Of a DNA stretch of 64,000 nucleotides, positions 1 through 9,320 are shown piece by piece (position 1 is the stretch's first letter; the number at the start of each line of letters is the position of its first letter). Made by a program: the position numbers and the translations under genes. The notes below the pieces were generated by a model. The model had not been told where the DNA came from, searched no databases, and saw nothing but the letters and a program-made list of their open reading frames with translations. The DNA is from Longimicrobiales bacterium. Lineage in GTDB: Bacteria; Gemmatimonadota; Gemmatimonadetes; Longimicrobiales; Gaopeijiaceae. Location: assembly GCA_958296005.1 (NCBI GenBank), contig CATQHQ010000001.1, forward strand, positions 200,134 to 264,133, given 5' to 3'.

Positions 1-846
1 CCGGAGGCCGTTCAGGCCATGGCCACGCCCGCCGTTCTCGAAAGCGGCGACTCCACCGGCTACGGACTAGGGCTGGGCGTGGGCGAGATGCGCGGCCGCA
101 CCGTCTACGCGCACACCGGCGGCGACGTGGCCCACCGCGCGTACTTCGGCTACTTCCCGGAGTTGGACGACGGCGTCGTCGTCATGAGCAACAACGCGGC
201 GTTCAACCTGGGGCTGGGCGGGCAGATCGCCCAGTTGTTCTTTGCGGACGATCTCGAAGCGGAGGACGACGAGGAGGCCGAGGCCACGGGCGACGGCAGC
301 ATGTCGCCGGAGCGGATGGAAGCCGTCGCCGGCCACTGGGTCCTCGACGTGCGGGGCATGTCGCTGGACGTGGAGATCACCACCGAAGACGGCCAGCTCT
401 TCTTCCAAGCTGCCGGCCAGCCCCGCACGCCCGTCCAGACGTCGTCCGATTCGACGGCGGCGATCCCGGCCGCTCAAGCATCCTTCACCTTCCACTTCGA
501 GCCCGACGGAACCACCCGCTCCGCCACCTTCCGCCAGGGCGCCGAAATGGCGATGCGCAGATCGAACCGGGAGGCGCTGACCGAAGACGACCTCCGCGCC
601 TACGTCGGTCGCTACTTCTCGGAGGAGCTCGAGACCTTCTACGAAGTCAAGCAGGAAGACGGCGGACTCGTCCTGCACCACTTGGACAGGCCGCCGATGG
701 CACTCACCCACCGGGACGGAGACGAGTTCTCTTCCGAGTTCACCTTCCTGGCCACGGTCGCGTTCCAGCGGGCCGGCAACGGTCGAGTCACGGGGTTCAC
801 CGCGTCGAACGGCCGCACCAAGGGAGTATGGTTCCGGCGGATGTAG
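1..846 (+). CDS. serine hydrolase / beta-lactamase-family protein, C-terminal part (5' end outside window)
   Basis: The frame is open from nt 1 (track ORF 19..846). 'YAHTGGDVAHRAYFGYFPELDDGVVVMSNN' resembles the H/K-T-G box region of class-C beta-lactamase/esterase-like hydrolases and is followed by an extra C-terminal domain. TAG stop at 844-846. Confidence 0.6.
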   Translation, partial: PEAVQAMATPAVLESGDSTGYGLGLGVGEMRGRTVYAHTGGDVAHRAYFGYFPELDDGVVVMSNNAAFNLGLGGQIAQLFFADDLEAEDDEEAEATGDGSMSPERMEAVAGHWVLDVRGMSLDVEITTEDGQLFFQAAGQPRTPVQTSSDSTAAIPAAQASFTFHFEPDGTTRSATFRQGAEMAMRRSNREALTEDDLRAYVGRYFSEELETFYEVKQEDGGLVLHHLDRPPMALTHRDGDEFSSEFTFLATVAFQRAGNGRVTGFTASNGRTKGVWFRRM

Positions 847-1994
847 CCACCATGGCCAATCACTCTACGTTCGACCTGCTGATCTCCAACTACAAGAGTA
901 TCGCCTCGTTGAAGATCGGCGGTTTGCTCCCCTTCACGGTCTTTGCTGGGCCGAACGGCTCCGGCAAGAGCAACTTCTTCGACGCCCTGGACTTCGTGGG
1001 GAAGGTCTGCCGCTACGGTGTCGAGGATGCATTGCGGGCTCACGGCGGTGCCGACAACATCCGCTCAGCGAAACTGTACAAGCCCAAGAATCGACATTTT
1101 GAGTTCGAAATCAAGCTGCATGACGCGAACGCTGAGAAACGCGACGATGCACGGTCTTCCGACTACGCACTCCGAATTCAAGAGTTTGCGACTGTGCCAG
1201 AGATCGGGGAGTCTCTTTATCGTCACGACATCCCGTTGTTCACTCGTACTCCGGGGAGCCCAGTACTTAGACACCAAGCGGACCGCATCCGGAACTTCAG
1301 CTATCCGGCTTCAATGTCGACTCTGCGGACCTTCAAGCATCTGTTGGCGCGCCTACTGACAAACATCACCGTGTACCGCATGGACCCTCGGTCGGCCAAG
1401 GAGCCGGACCCCTCCGACGCGGACCCGTCCAAACTCAATGCCAGGGGAAGCAATTTGGCGGCTGTACTGGGACGCATTGAGTCCGACCGAGAAGCCCGGA
1501 CACTCATCGGCCAGTGGATGGAGATGGTCGTTCCTGGCGTTCAAGCGATCACGACCAAGCGCCAGCGACTTGACCATAGCACGGCGGTACTGTTCAAGGA
1601 ACATGGCACAAAGAAGCAGTTTCCTGCGGGCTTGATGTCGGACGGTACGATCTATGCACTCAGTCTGCTAGTGGCGGTGCTGGACAGGCCCTACCGCCGC
1701 GGCCTTACGCTCATTGAGGAACCAGAACGCGGACTCCATCCGGCGGCGATAGCCGAGTTCGTCGACTTCCTCCGAGACTCGGCTGGACCAGAAAACCCGA
1801 TCTGGGTCACGACCCACAGCGAGTCCGTAGTGCGGAGGCTTCAGCTTGAGGAGCTGGTTGTGGTGGACAAGAAGGCTGGCCGCACTCGCATGAAGCGTGC
1901 GGACTCAGGAAACCTAGAGCAGGCGGACTTGGATCCTATTGGCTTGGACATGGCATGGCTGTCCAACCTGCTGAACGGTGGGGTGCCATGGTAA
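828..1994 (+). CDS. ABC/SMC-like AAA family ATPase (AAA_15/AAA_21-type, OLD/PARIS AriA-like)
   Basis: Walker A 'FAGPNGSGKSNFFDAL', signature-like 'GLMSDGT', Walker B 'LTLIEEPERGLHP', H-loop 'VTTHSE'. An alternative ATG at 852 (MANHSTF) avoids overlap with the upstream gene. The TAA stop overlaps the next start (ATGGTAA). G+C is lower than the flanks. Confidence 0.85.
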   Translation: MVPADVATMANHSTFDLLISNYKSIASLKIGGLLPFTVFAGPNGSGKSNFFDALDFVGKVCRYGVEDALRAHGGADNIRSAKLYKPKNRHFEFEIKLHDANAEKRDDARSSDYALRIQEFATVPEIGESLYRHDIPLFTRTPGSPVLRHQADRIRNFSYPASMSTLRTFKHLLARLLTNITVYRMDPRSAKEPDPSDADPSKLNARGSNLAAVLGRIESDREARTLIGQWMEMVVPGVQAITTKRQRLDHSTAVLFKEHGTKKQFPAGLMSDGTIYALSLLVAVLDRPYRRGLTLIEEPERGLHPAAIAEFVDFLRDSAGPENPIWVTTHSESVVRRLQLEELVVVDKKAGRTRMKRADSGNLEQADLDPIGLDMAWLSNLLNGGVPW

Positions 1995-2490
1995 AGATCG
2001 GATTTGTGGTAGAGGGATATACGGAGAAAGTATTTGTTCAGAGCGAGGCGTTTCGCGGGTGGCTTGAGGAGCGGGAAATGCGTCTTGTCGATCCCGTGAT
2101 AGTTGCGGGTGGACACGGGAGGATGCGGCGACGGGTTGCCGAGGAGTGCCGTGCATCACCGCACGAAAGAACCAGATTGATTCTGAAGCGGCCGACCTTG
2201 TTGTCGTCGCCCGGAAAACCATCGAATCGTGGTTCTTGGCCGACACCGAAGCGATAGCACGCTGGACGACGGACGACTCGTACTACGAAGCGCATCCAGA
2301 GGCAACTCCGGGTATGCCATGGGACCGCATCAAGGAGGTCGGTCCCGTAAGGCGCGGAAGAAGCAAGGTCTTGTTTGCAAAGCGCTTGACCAAAGAACAT
2401 GGATTCGACATCGCACGAGCGGCGGAACATCCGGAGTGTCCGACAGCCCGGTACTTTGTCGAGCGTGTTGGTGCCTTGGGACTAAGCTGA
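1988..2490 (+). pseudogene. DUF4276/TOPRIM-like partner of the AAA ATPase, interrupted by a frameshift
   Basis: The N-terminal part 'MVKIGFVVEGYTEKVFVQSEAF...VIVAGGHG' is in frame 2 (ATG 1988, runs to the stop at 2257). The C-terminal part '...DLVVVARKTIESWFLADTEAIARW...' is in frame 1 (open from 2068, stop at 2488-2490). One indel between ~2100 and 2170 would join them. Family assignment is from remembered motif patterns (EG-TE N-terminus, ESWxLAD C-terminus). Confidence 0.55.
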
Positions 2491-2493
2491 CCG

Positions 2494-5400
2494 TCACCAG
2501 GACTCGACGCGCCCCTGCGTCGTGAAGACCAACATCCGCTCGATGACGGGTTCGCTTGTGATCTGCTCCCAGCACTCGGCGTAGATGTTGACCTGTGCCC
2601 TGTACTTCAGGACGCGGTCGGGGAACCTCGGGTGCGTGCCCGTGTCGTTCTTGTAGTCGGCCACGACCCAGCCGTCGTTCTCGCGGAAAACCAGGTCGAT
2701 CACTCCCTCCAGCACTTCGGGCTGGTCGTCGGGGCCGCCGCCCCTTCCGAGCGCGAACGGAACTTCGGTGTAGCGTTCCTGGCTTGCCGTCGCCCTGGCC
2801 CATATTTCCGAGCGCACCACGTCGTCGACGAGCGTCAGCAGCGTGTCGAGTTCCTTCGGGTTGCCGTGGGCGTCCAAGCGACGCTCGTGGCTGAGCAGGA
2901 GATTGCGAGCCCGAGCCGCCAGCACTTCCTTCCCTTCACCCTCCTCGACGGCAGACAGCATCTCGTGAACAACCTTCCCCCACTCGGGGCCGCCGGAGAG
3001 AGGGCGCGCCGCGCGCACGGGAAAGGCACTGGTTCCCGCGGGCGCGTCGGTAGCAGCAAGAGCAGTGTCAGCAGAACTGCTGTCATCAAAATCGCTGACC
3101 TCGACCTCATCGCCTTGAGCCAGGCTGGTCGCCGTCCTCAGCCGGTAGGTGGGCGTCCCGGCGTCCTTCACCGCCGCCTCGGCCGCCTTCACCTCCGCCG
3201 CCAACTCTATCTCCGGGTCCAGTGCTTCGGAGTGGGGCGCCTCCGGCCGGCAGACGATCTTCAGGCGGGCCGCCACCTGCCCTTCGCCGGCACCGTCGCC
3301 CAAATCGCCGGCCTCCCGTTTAGCTTCCCGGGCGATCCACCGCTCGACCGCCTCCCACGGCGACTTGGTGCCTCGCCGCGGCGGGGCTTCCCACCTGGCC
3401 ACCCAGAGCTCGTCCCTGGCCCGGGTCGCCGCTACGTAGAGCAGCCGCTTCCTTTCGGCCATCTCGAACTCGGCCTCGACCTTCACGTCCTCTTTCCACG
3501 TATGCGGCCGGGCGATCACCTCCATGCGTCCGAACCGTCCCGGCTTGCCGACCGGCATCACGCCTCGCGCCACGCCGTCGTTGCCACGAGTGACCTGCAT
3601 CGTCGGAGTCCGATTGTTGTCGCCGAACGGCGAACCCAGAAAGACGACGTTCGCTTCCAGCCCCTTCGCTTGGTGCATGTTCATCACCTGAACGGCGTTG
3701 CCTCGTCCGGGCACCAGCGACACTACCGCGTCGTTCCAGTCCAACGCCGTTTCCATGGCTTCGACGGCGCCCCCCAGGGAAGCGTTGCCGGCAAGGGCCT
3801 GCGCTCGCACCGCGTCCAGGAGGTAGACGAGCGCACCGGCCCGCAGCTGCCCGAGCGGCCCAGCCGCCGCCAGGGGAAAGAGCCCAGTCTCCGCCGCCAG
3901 CCTCTCGGCAGTCACGTCCGCCGGCTCCCGACAGGCCAGCTTCCACCAGCCGTGCAACTTGTCGAGCGCCTCGACAACGTTGGCGACGCCGGGGGCGCCC
4001 GCAGACCCGGCAACCCCTTCGTCGCCCTCCCGCACCCACGGCCGCTGGTTCGCCACCAGCTTCCCGCGGGCGTCCCGGTACGCCACGATCTCGTCCAGAG
4101 TGATTCCGAAGAACGGCCCCGCGAGCACGCCCAGCACGCGCACCTCGTGGGCCGGGTCCGCCATGCACTTGAAGAGCAGAAGGAACGCCAAGAGCTTGTC
4201 CTCGAAGTCCACGCCCGCGCCCGACACCTCCACTGGCAGGCTCCACTCCTCCAGCACCTTGGCGTAAAGGGCCAAGTGCTTGCGGACCCGAGTGAGGACC
4301 ATGAAGTCCCCCGCCTTCCGGGCACCCGACGCGATCTCGTCGGCGATGTGGGCGGCGATGAACCTGGCGTCGTCTTCCGCCACCTCGTCTTGAGTGCAAC
4401 CCTCGACGGCATAGGACCTCAGCACCCCCGGACCGCAACCCGTCGCCGGCCTGCGCTGCGCCCGCAATGGCGCGAAGGCGGCCTGCTGCGGCTGGTCCTG
4501 AGCCGGGAACATTTGCTCCGAGTCGAACACGCCCTTCACGACTCGCTCAATGCACTTCAGCGACCGGAAGTTGGCTTCCAGCTGGAGCACTTCCCCGAAC
4601 TCGGCGAACCGCTGCTTGACGAGCTCGTACAGGGCGATGTCCGCTCGGCGGAAGCGGTAGATGCTCTGCTTCGGGTCGCCCACGACGAACAGCGCGCCGG
4701 GTCGAGGCTTTGCGCGGGTCCAGTCGACGGCGGACGCCACCTCGTCCTCGACCGAGGGCTCGCTGGCCAGGAGGAAGACGATCTCCGCTTGCAACGGGTC
4801 CGTGTCCTGGAACTCGTCCACAAGGAGCCGGCGGTAGCGACTCCCCAGGTCGCGACGGGTGGACGGGTTGCTGCGCAGGAGCTCGGCGGCCAACACCAAG
4901 TCGTCCTGAAAGGTGACTTGCCCCAGCTCCTTGCGCTCCTCGGCGAAGGCGTCGGCCGCTCCCTTGGCGAAGCCGACGGCTACCGGGTAGCGGTAGGCCC
5001 ACCACGCATTCAGCAGTCGGCCTGCCGGGCTCGCCGGGTCTCCGAATGCACGGAAATCCTCGCCCAGCTGCTTGACTTGAAGCTTTCGCACCGAGTCGCT
5101 GGACCATCGATTCTGGGTCGGCTTGGTCTTGAACCGGTGAAGTTTGGCCAGAGCGTCGAAGAAGGCGGTTCGGTCGTCCCATCCGAACGACCTGCGCTGG
5201 TAGAGCAGCGTGCGAACCTTCTTGGCGAGCGGATCCCATCCCTTCTCCGGTTCCCGGTTGGGGAGCAGAGCCTTCGCCCGGTCCAGAAGCGCGTCCAGCT
5301 GCGCCCGCACCACCGCAGCCTGGGCTTGGTCTGGAGGCGGTACCGGCGCCGAGCCGAAGTCCACATCCGGGTTGTCCACCAGCTTTCCGTACAGGTCCTC

Positions 5401-5937
5401 GAGCCGCTCCGGCCTTATGCCGAGGTCGTCCAGCTCCCGCAACCGGGGGTCGCCGTCGGCAGCCAGCCGCTCCAGGTAGCCGATCCAGAATTTCTTCTGA
5501 AGCCGGAGTGCCTCCGTCTCCATGACCTCCCGGAAGCCCGGGTCCAGGCCCGCCTCCAAGGGTCGCTCCCGCAGCAGCTTGGCGCAGAAGGAGTGGATCG
5601 TGCCCAGGAACGCGCCGTCCAGCTTCTGGAGAGCTTCTTCCACCCTCTCCCGTTCAGGGTCGTCGGGTTTCCGTCGGGCGCCGGCCTGCTCCAGCTCCAC
5701 CTGAAACCGCTGCCGCAGCTCCGCCGCCGCCTTCCGGGTGAAGGTGACCGCCGCGATCTGCTCCACTTGGCACGCCCCCTGGCGCACCAGCGCGACCATC
5801 CGGTCCACCAGCGCCGTGGTCTTCCCCGACCCGGCACCCGCTTCCACCAGGAAGTTCGCCACCAGGTCCTCCCGGATGCGGTGGCGAACCGACTCGTCCG
5901 GCGGCGGCGGAAACTTGCCAGTGGACCGATCACCCAC
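2494..5937 (-). CDS. addA: ATP-dependent helicase/nuclease subunit A (UvrD-type helicase + PD-(D/E)XK nuclease)
   Basis: 'VEAGAGSGKTTALVDRM' (Walker A), 'LLVDEFQDTDPLQ' (motif II), 'VGDPKQSIYRFRRAD' (motif III), C-terminal nuclease 'GVIDLVFRENDGWVVADYKND'. Start taken as GTG 5937 (residue 128 of the track ORF), which overlaps the addB stop as GTGA. The upstream part of the 1274-aa ORF is read-through. Confidence 0.9.
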   Translation of the reverse strand: MGDRSTGKFPPPPDESVRHRIREDLVANFLVEAGAGSGKTTALVDRMVALVRQGACQVEQIAAVTFTRKAAAELRQRFQVELEQAGARRKPDDPERERVEEALQKLDGAFLGTIHSFCAKLLRERPLEAGLDPGFREVMETEALRLQKKFWIGYLERLAADGDPRLRELDDLGIRPERLEDLYGKLVDNPDVDFGSAPVPPPDQAQAAVVRAQLDALLDRAKALLPNREPEKGWDPLAKKVRTLLYQRRSFGWDDRTAFFDALAKLHRFKTKPTQNRWSSDSVRKLQVKQLGEDFRAFGDPASPAGRLLNAWWAYRYPVAVGFAKGAADAFAEERKELGQVTFQDDLVLAAELLRSNPSTRRDLGSRYRRLLVDEFQDTDPLQAEIVFLLASEPSVEDEVASAVDWTRAKPRPGALFVVGDPKQSIYRFRRADIALYELVKQRFAEFGEVLQLEANFRSLKCIERVVKGVFDSEQMFPAQDQPQQAAFAPLRAQRRPATGCGPGVLRSYAVEGCTQDEVAEDDARFIAAHIADEIASGARKAGDFMVLTRVRKHLALYAKVLEEWSLPVEVSGAGVDFEDKLLAFLLLFKCMADPAHEVRVLGVLAGPFFGITLDEIVAYRDARGKLVANQRPWVREGDEGVAGSAGAPGVANVVEALDKLHGWWKLACREPADVTAERLAAETGLFPLAAAGPLGQLRAGALVYLLDAVRAQALAGNASLGGAVEAMETALDWNDAVVSLVPGRGNAVQVMNMHQAKGLEANVVFLGSPFGDNNRTPTMQVTRGNDGVARGVMPVGKPGRFGRMEVIARPHTWKEDVKVEAEFEMAERKRLLYVAATRARDELWVARWEAPPRRGTKSPWEAVERWIAREAKREAGDLGDGAGEGQVAARLKIVCRPEAPHSEALDPEIELAAEVKAAEAAVKDAGTPTYRLRTATSLAQGDEVEVSDFDDSSSADTALAATDAPAGTSAFPVRAARPLSGGPEWGKVVHEMLSAVEEGEGKEVLAARARNLLLSHERRLDAHGNPKELDTLLTLVDDVVRSEIWARATASQERYTEVPFALGRGGGPDDQPEVLEGVIDLVFRENDGWVVADYKNDTGTHPRFPDRVLKYRAQVNIYAECWEQITSEPVIERMLVFTTQGRVESW

Positions 5938-8900
5938 GGAAGGCGGCTTCCTTCGTCCACCCGCGCACCCGCCGCAAGACCGCAAGCTCCTCCATCTCCT
6001 CCAGGTTCCGCTTGGTCCAGTCGGCGTAGCGCGACGACATGTCGCCCCACTGACTCTCCCGCACGTCGCACACTTCCTTGTAGTCGCAGAAGCGGCAGTC
6101 CTTCTTGGCGTCGTCGGTGGCAGGGAACCACCCCTTCGACACGCCGTCCAGCAGCGCCGCGACCAAGCTGCCGCCGTGCTGCAGATCGTCCCACTCGTAG
6201 AGCTTGACCGCGTTCTCGCCCCGCCGGGTGGGGAAGTGGTACTCCATGCGATCGACCCGTCGCCCCAGCAGCTGCGACGCCGCTCGACAGTACACCACGT
6301 GCTGCAGCCGCCGCCCACCGTCGTAGGTGCCGGATCGGCTGTCGTAGCCGAAGGTACTCCCGGTCTTGTAGTCGACGACCCGCAGCCCGCCCGGTCGGTC
6401 GTCCACTCGGTCGATGGCGCCCACCACCTGAATTGATCCCGCCGGCGTGTCGAACTCCACGTTTTCCTCGTCGAAGCCGAAACGCCGCTCCAGCGCCAGC
6501 CACTTCGGCGGTTCGTCGCGGATCATCTCGACGAAGGAGCGCGCATCGTCCCGCAGGGCGTCGATCTCCCACTCCCGGACCGCCGCGCTGGGCGAAGGAA
6601 TGTCCGCGCGCGCCTGCCGACCGACCTCTTCGACCTGCGCCAGCGCCAACGCCATGAAGGCGTCGTCCTCCGGCACCAACCGGCGCTTCCGAGCCTCGTG
6701 CAGGGTGCGCTGGTAGACCGTGTGGAGAAGGCTGCCGCGCTGGCGGGCGTCAAGCCAGCGTCCAGGGTCGAACTCCGGGTCTTCGGGAGGCTTCGCCCGG
6801 ATGACTTTCTTGAGCAGGAACTGTCGCGGACAGGCGCCCAAGGTGCTCAGCGCGCTGGCCGAGTAGAGTTTGGCGAAGGGATCTAGGTACGGTGGGCCAG
6901 CGGCGTCTGCCCCCGGCGGCGAGCCGGCGCCCAGAACGCCGACATGGACCGACGGCAGCTCGCTCTGCAGCGCCTTGTCCACTTCGATCCCGCGGGCAAG
7001 TCCAGGGTAGAACCGACCCACCGCCGCCAGCCCGCTTCGGAGCCTGCCGTCGTCGGTAGCCAGCGCCCGGAGCCAGACGTCGGAGGCGTCCACGTCGCCC
7101 GCAATCCATGGCCGGGGCAACCGGGATTCGGCCAAGCCGAGCGCTCGCTCAAGGTCGTCGAAGGTGAGGGAACCGTTGCCCTCTCGAAGGCGGTACGCCT
7201 GAAGCATCTCGGGCGCCGGGGTCAGCGCCCGGGCTTCGGCCGGGTCCCAGCGGCAATAGCTCATTGCGACTTCGCCCCGCAGGCGCGCGAAGAGTCCCGC
7301 GAAGAGGAAGCGGGCTTCGGTCGAACGGTCCTTGGCCAGGGGCAGAACACCCTTCCCCAACCGCCACCGTTCCTGGTCCAAGAGGAGGGGGTCCTCCGAA
7401 ACGGTCCCGGGGAAGCGCGTCGAGGCCATCCCCACGACGAAGGTGATCGGTCGGCCCGTGGCCCCGCCGTGCTCGAAGTCCGACAGGTGCAGAGTACCGG
7501 GGATCGCGCTCCACGGCGCGGCGCCCTCCGCCCGGGGGGCCGGGACGGAGATTTGGAGGAACCCCTGCACGATGTTGGACGCCGACGCGAAGTCGGTAAG
7601 GCGCGTCTGGGTCTTCTCGATCCGGTTCAGGACGCTCATCAGCCGTTCCCGCGCCGTGCCGTCGGTGGGCGTGCCGGGGGCGACCTGCGCCAGCAGGCTC
7701 TTCAGTCCTTTGGCGACATGGGCTGGCGACACGACGCCGGCCTCCGCCTCGCCGCTGGTCGCTGGCGTTGCCGCAAGCACCGGCGCCAGCAACGCCCTCA
7801 GCGCCCGCAAGTCCTTTTCGGTGCCGAGCTTGCGCCGCTCGAACTGCTCGTCGTCCTCGTACCGGCGCTTCGAGGCGGCGGGCAGCTCCTCCAGGGCGTC
7901 CTCCACGGCGGCGAGGTAGCGCGTGCGCCCCCAGCCGATCCGCAGCCGTCGCAGCGACCGGGCCAGCCGAGGTCCCGGAATCCAGCCGTAGGGGTCGGGC
8001 GGCTTGACGTCCTCCGCTTCTACCAACGCCCGGAAGACCGGCTCCTGAAAGCCGTTCTCGATCCAGCGGAAGTACGCCGACGCCACGCGTCCGGGCCGCG
8101 TCCGCTCCACCGGCAAGCCCACGGCGAAGTTGACGCTGATCCCGATCGGCCCGGCCAGGGCGTGAAGGGCCGAGCCGTAGGTGGCGGGATCCGGGGTCAC
8201 GATCTCGACCTGGTCCCAGCGCGCGCCTCGGTCCAGCACCCGTCGCAGGACGCCCCTCAGCTCGTCGTATACCGACGCCGCCGCGAAGAGGTCGATTCGT
8301 TCAAGATCGCCGCCGCCGGCCGGTAGCGCGTCGCCGTCCGAGCGTGGCGGTCCTTCGCCGAGGCGACCCTGCGCAACGTGTGCGGGGCGGCGGTCCACGG
8401 CGTGGAGCCAGCTCCCGGATGCTTCCGCCGGCATCACGTCCCAAATAAGGTGACGCGGCGCGGGCAACCCTTCGACCGGATCGGTCTTGAGGAGCACGGC
8501 GCCACGGCGTTGAAGCGCACGAACGAACCGGCCCGCGAGCCCGCGATCCGACAGCCCCGGCAACAAGTACACTGCCTGGTCGCCGACGCCCCGGGCGTCC
8601 AACGCCGCCAGGGCCAGCTCCAGCACCCCGGCCGAATCCACCAGCTTCTCCTTGCGTAGCAACGCTTCGTAGCGCCCCAGCACTTCGGCGACGAGCGCCT
8701 GCTTCTCCCGGTCGCCGATGACGCGCGGAGTCAGGTCGCCTTCGCGGACTCCTCCCTCCCGCAAGGCAACCACCGACCTCCGCACGGCGTCCCGGAACCC
8801 CACCTTGTTGACGAACCGCGCGAACCGGCCGGCGGTGCCCGAGATCACGTCGTCGATCGCTTGCTCGGCGATCGCCTGTTCGTCGAAGCGGTCGGCCGCG

Positions 8901-9220
8901 ACGGTCCCGTCCCGCAGGATGCGGGGCATGGCAGTCTGGGTGGCCAACGGCTGAACCGTGGTGACTTCCAGTCCAGCCCACGACTGGCCCCGCAGCGCCA
9001 CTTGGCGAAGCAGCTCCTTCCCTTCGCCCCGCGTCCGCGCAACCAAGACCGTACGGCCCCGACCCCGACTCGCCGCCACCCGCGCCAACTCGCGCACCAG
9101 CACGCTGGCCCCGTCGAACTCGGGAGGCAGGCGACCGTCCTGGTCGCCACCGCCGGTGCCGGCCGGTACCTCCGCTGGAGCGGGAGGCGCGTCGAAGTCC
9201 AGCCAGAGCTGGTCGCTCAC
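5930..9220 (-). CDS. addB: helicase/nuclease subunit B (RecB-family nuclease with Fe-S cysteines, inactive helicase-like N-terminus)
   Basis: C-terminal 'GAIDRVDDRPGGLRVVDYKTG' nuclease motif is bracketed by Cys residues ('LGACPRQF' ... 'CRFCDYKEVCD'), as in the AddB Fe-S cluster. No intact Walker A. Translationally coupled to addA. Confidence 0.85.
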   Translation of the reverse strand: MSDQLWLDFDAPPAPAEVPAGTGGGDQDGRLPPEFDGASVLVRELARVAASRGRGRTVLVARTRGEGKELLRQVALRGQSWAGLEVTTVQPLATQTAMPRILRDGTVAADRFDEQAIAEQAIDDVISGTAGRFARFVNKVGFRDAVRRSVVALREGGVREGDLTPRVIGDREKQALVAEVLGRYEALLRKEKLVDSAGVLELALAALDARGVGDQAVYLLPGLSDRGLAGRFVRALQRRGAVLLKTDPVEGLPAPRHLIWDVMPAEASGSWLHAVDRRPAHVAQGRLGEGPPRSDGDALPAGGGDLERIDLFAAASVYDELRGVLRRVLDRGARWDQVEIVTPDPATYGSALHALAGPIGISVNFAVGLPVERTRPGRVASAYFRWIENGFQEPVFRALVEAEDVKPPDPYGWIPGPRLARSLRRLRIGWGRTRYLAAVEDALEELPAASKRRYEDDEQFERRKLGTEKDLRALRALLAPVLAATPATSGEAEAGVVSPAHVAKGLKSLLAQVAPGTPTDGTARERLMSVLNRIEKTQTRLTDFASASNIVQGFLQISVPAPRAEGAAPWSAIPGTLHLSDFEHGGATGRPITFVVGMASTRFPGTVSEDPLLLDQERWRLGKGVLPLAKDRSTEARFLFAGLFARLRGEVAMSYCRWDPAEARALTPAPEMLQAYRLREGNGSLTFDDLERALGLAESRLPRPWIAGDVDASDVWLRALATDDGRLRSGLAAVGRFYPGLARGIEVDKALQSELPSVHVGVLGAGSPPGADAAGPPYLDPFAKLYSASALSTLGACPRQFLLKKVIRAKPPEDPEFDPGRWLDARQRGSLLHTVYQRTLHEARKRRLVPEDDAFMALALAQVEEVGRQARADIPSPSAAVREWEIDALRDDARSFVEMIRDEPPKWLALERRFGFDEENVEFDTPAGSIQVVGAIDRVDDRPGGLRVVDYKTGSTFGYDSRSGTYDGGRRLQHVVYCRAASQLLGRRVDRMEYHFPTRRGENAVKLYEWDDLQHGGSLVAALLDGVSKGWFPATDDAKKDCRFCDYKEVCDVRESQWGDMSSRYADWTKRNLEEMEELAVLRRVRGWTKEAAFRG

Positions 9221-9320
9221 AGGTCCAAGTCAGCCAACAAGCGCAACGCCGGCCGACGGGAGCGCGGAAGCCCCGCCGACCGGCGCGTCGCGTGAAGTGA
9301 CCAAGCTCGCCGTCGGCTAC

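Larger units (their letters stand above)
828..2490. other. low-GC islet (putative horizontally acquired ATPase + TOPRIM-like pair)
   Basis: Hand counts: line 1081 = 28/60 G+C (47%), line 1501 = 35/60 (58%), versus ~68% in neighbouring genes. The islet starts at the serine hydrolase stop and ends 3 nt before the convergent addA stop. Confidence 0.5.

Noticed and set aside
2632-6207. 1191-aa + strand ORF
   Set aside because: It is the mirror frame of addA. The sequence is Arg/Pro/Gly/Leu-rich with no motifs, typical of a GC-driven antisense ORF. The opposite strand carries unambiguous helicase and nuclease motifs.
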